Of a DNA stretch of 64,000 nt, positions 63,873 to 64,000 are shown in pieces. The notes below the pieces were generated by a model. It had not been told where the DNA came from. It did no database searches and saw only the letters and a program-made list of their open reading frames with translations. The stretch is taken from NCBI RefSeq assembly GCF_964355755.1, contig NC_092676.1:3325888-3389887 (forward strand). The letters run 5' to 3'. Source of the stretch: Antedon mediterranea (taxonomy: Eukaryota > Animalia > Echinodermata). Numbering within the stretch: position 1 is the stretch's first letter; each line of letters begins with the position of its first letter. Both the position numbers and the translations under genes were made by a program.

Positions 63873-64000
63873 AGGCTGGTTTCCTGTCGACGTAAGAACA
63901 TCACTTTTGTTGCGACTACGTCGATATGTCGTAAGAAATGCGGATTTTACAGGAAACCGATTACGATCAAAAATTTATAAAATCGACGCAACGTAAGAAA
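63873..64000. mobile_element. Start of a probable PIF/Harbinger-like insertion
   Basis: Homology to paralogs ends after TTA and is followed by aggctggtttcctg. The other end is outside the window. Confidence 0.5.

Overview
AT-rich eukaryotic DNA, probably from a marine invertebrate deuterostome (echinoderm-like; inferred only from composition, frequent TAGGCCTA and the repeat types). The window holds a head-to-tail, all + strand array of 10 paralogous type-I membrane receptor genes with no introns in the coding region. Each encodes a Cys-rich signal peptide, three Ig domains (V-like, C2-like, C2/I-like; nectin/SIRP-like layout), an S/T stalk, a TM helix and a Tyr-motif tail. Four copies are intact (882, 9158, 53602, 58995), two carry a single 1-nt frameshift, three are clearly disrupted, and one is cut by a transposon at the window end. 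The V-domain loops are hypervariable while the membrane-proximal domain is nearly invariant. The tails fall into an ITIM-like class and a YxN/YDxV-rich class, and these appear shuffled between ectodomains. Most promoters carry a CTCF/GC-box-like motif. At about 13.8-27 kb is a three-level transposon nest: a CR1/L2-type LINE holds a Gypsy LTR element, which holds two non-autonomous DNA transposons. One of these (22303-24460) has asymmetric RSS-like ends: CACA heptamer, 11- or 21-nt spacer, ACAAAAAGT nonamer. Also present are several MITEs, an L1/Tx1 fragment, Penelope-type hammerhead motifs, an inversion splitting one gene, and segmental duplications.
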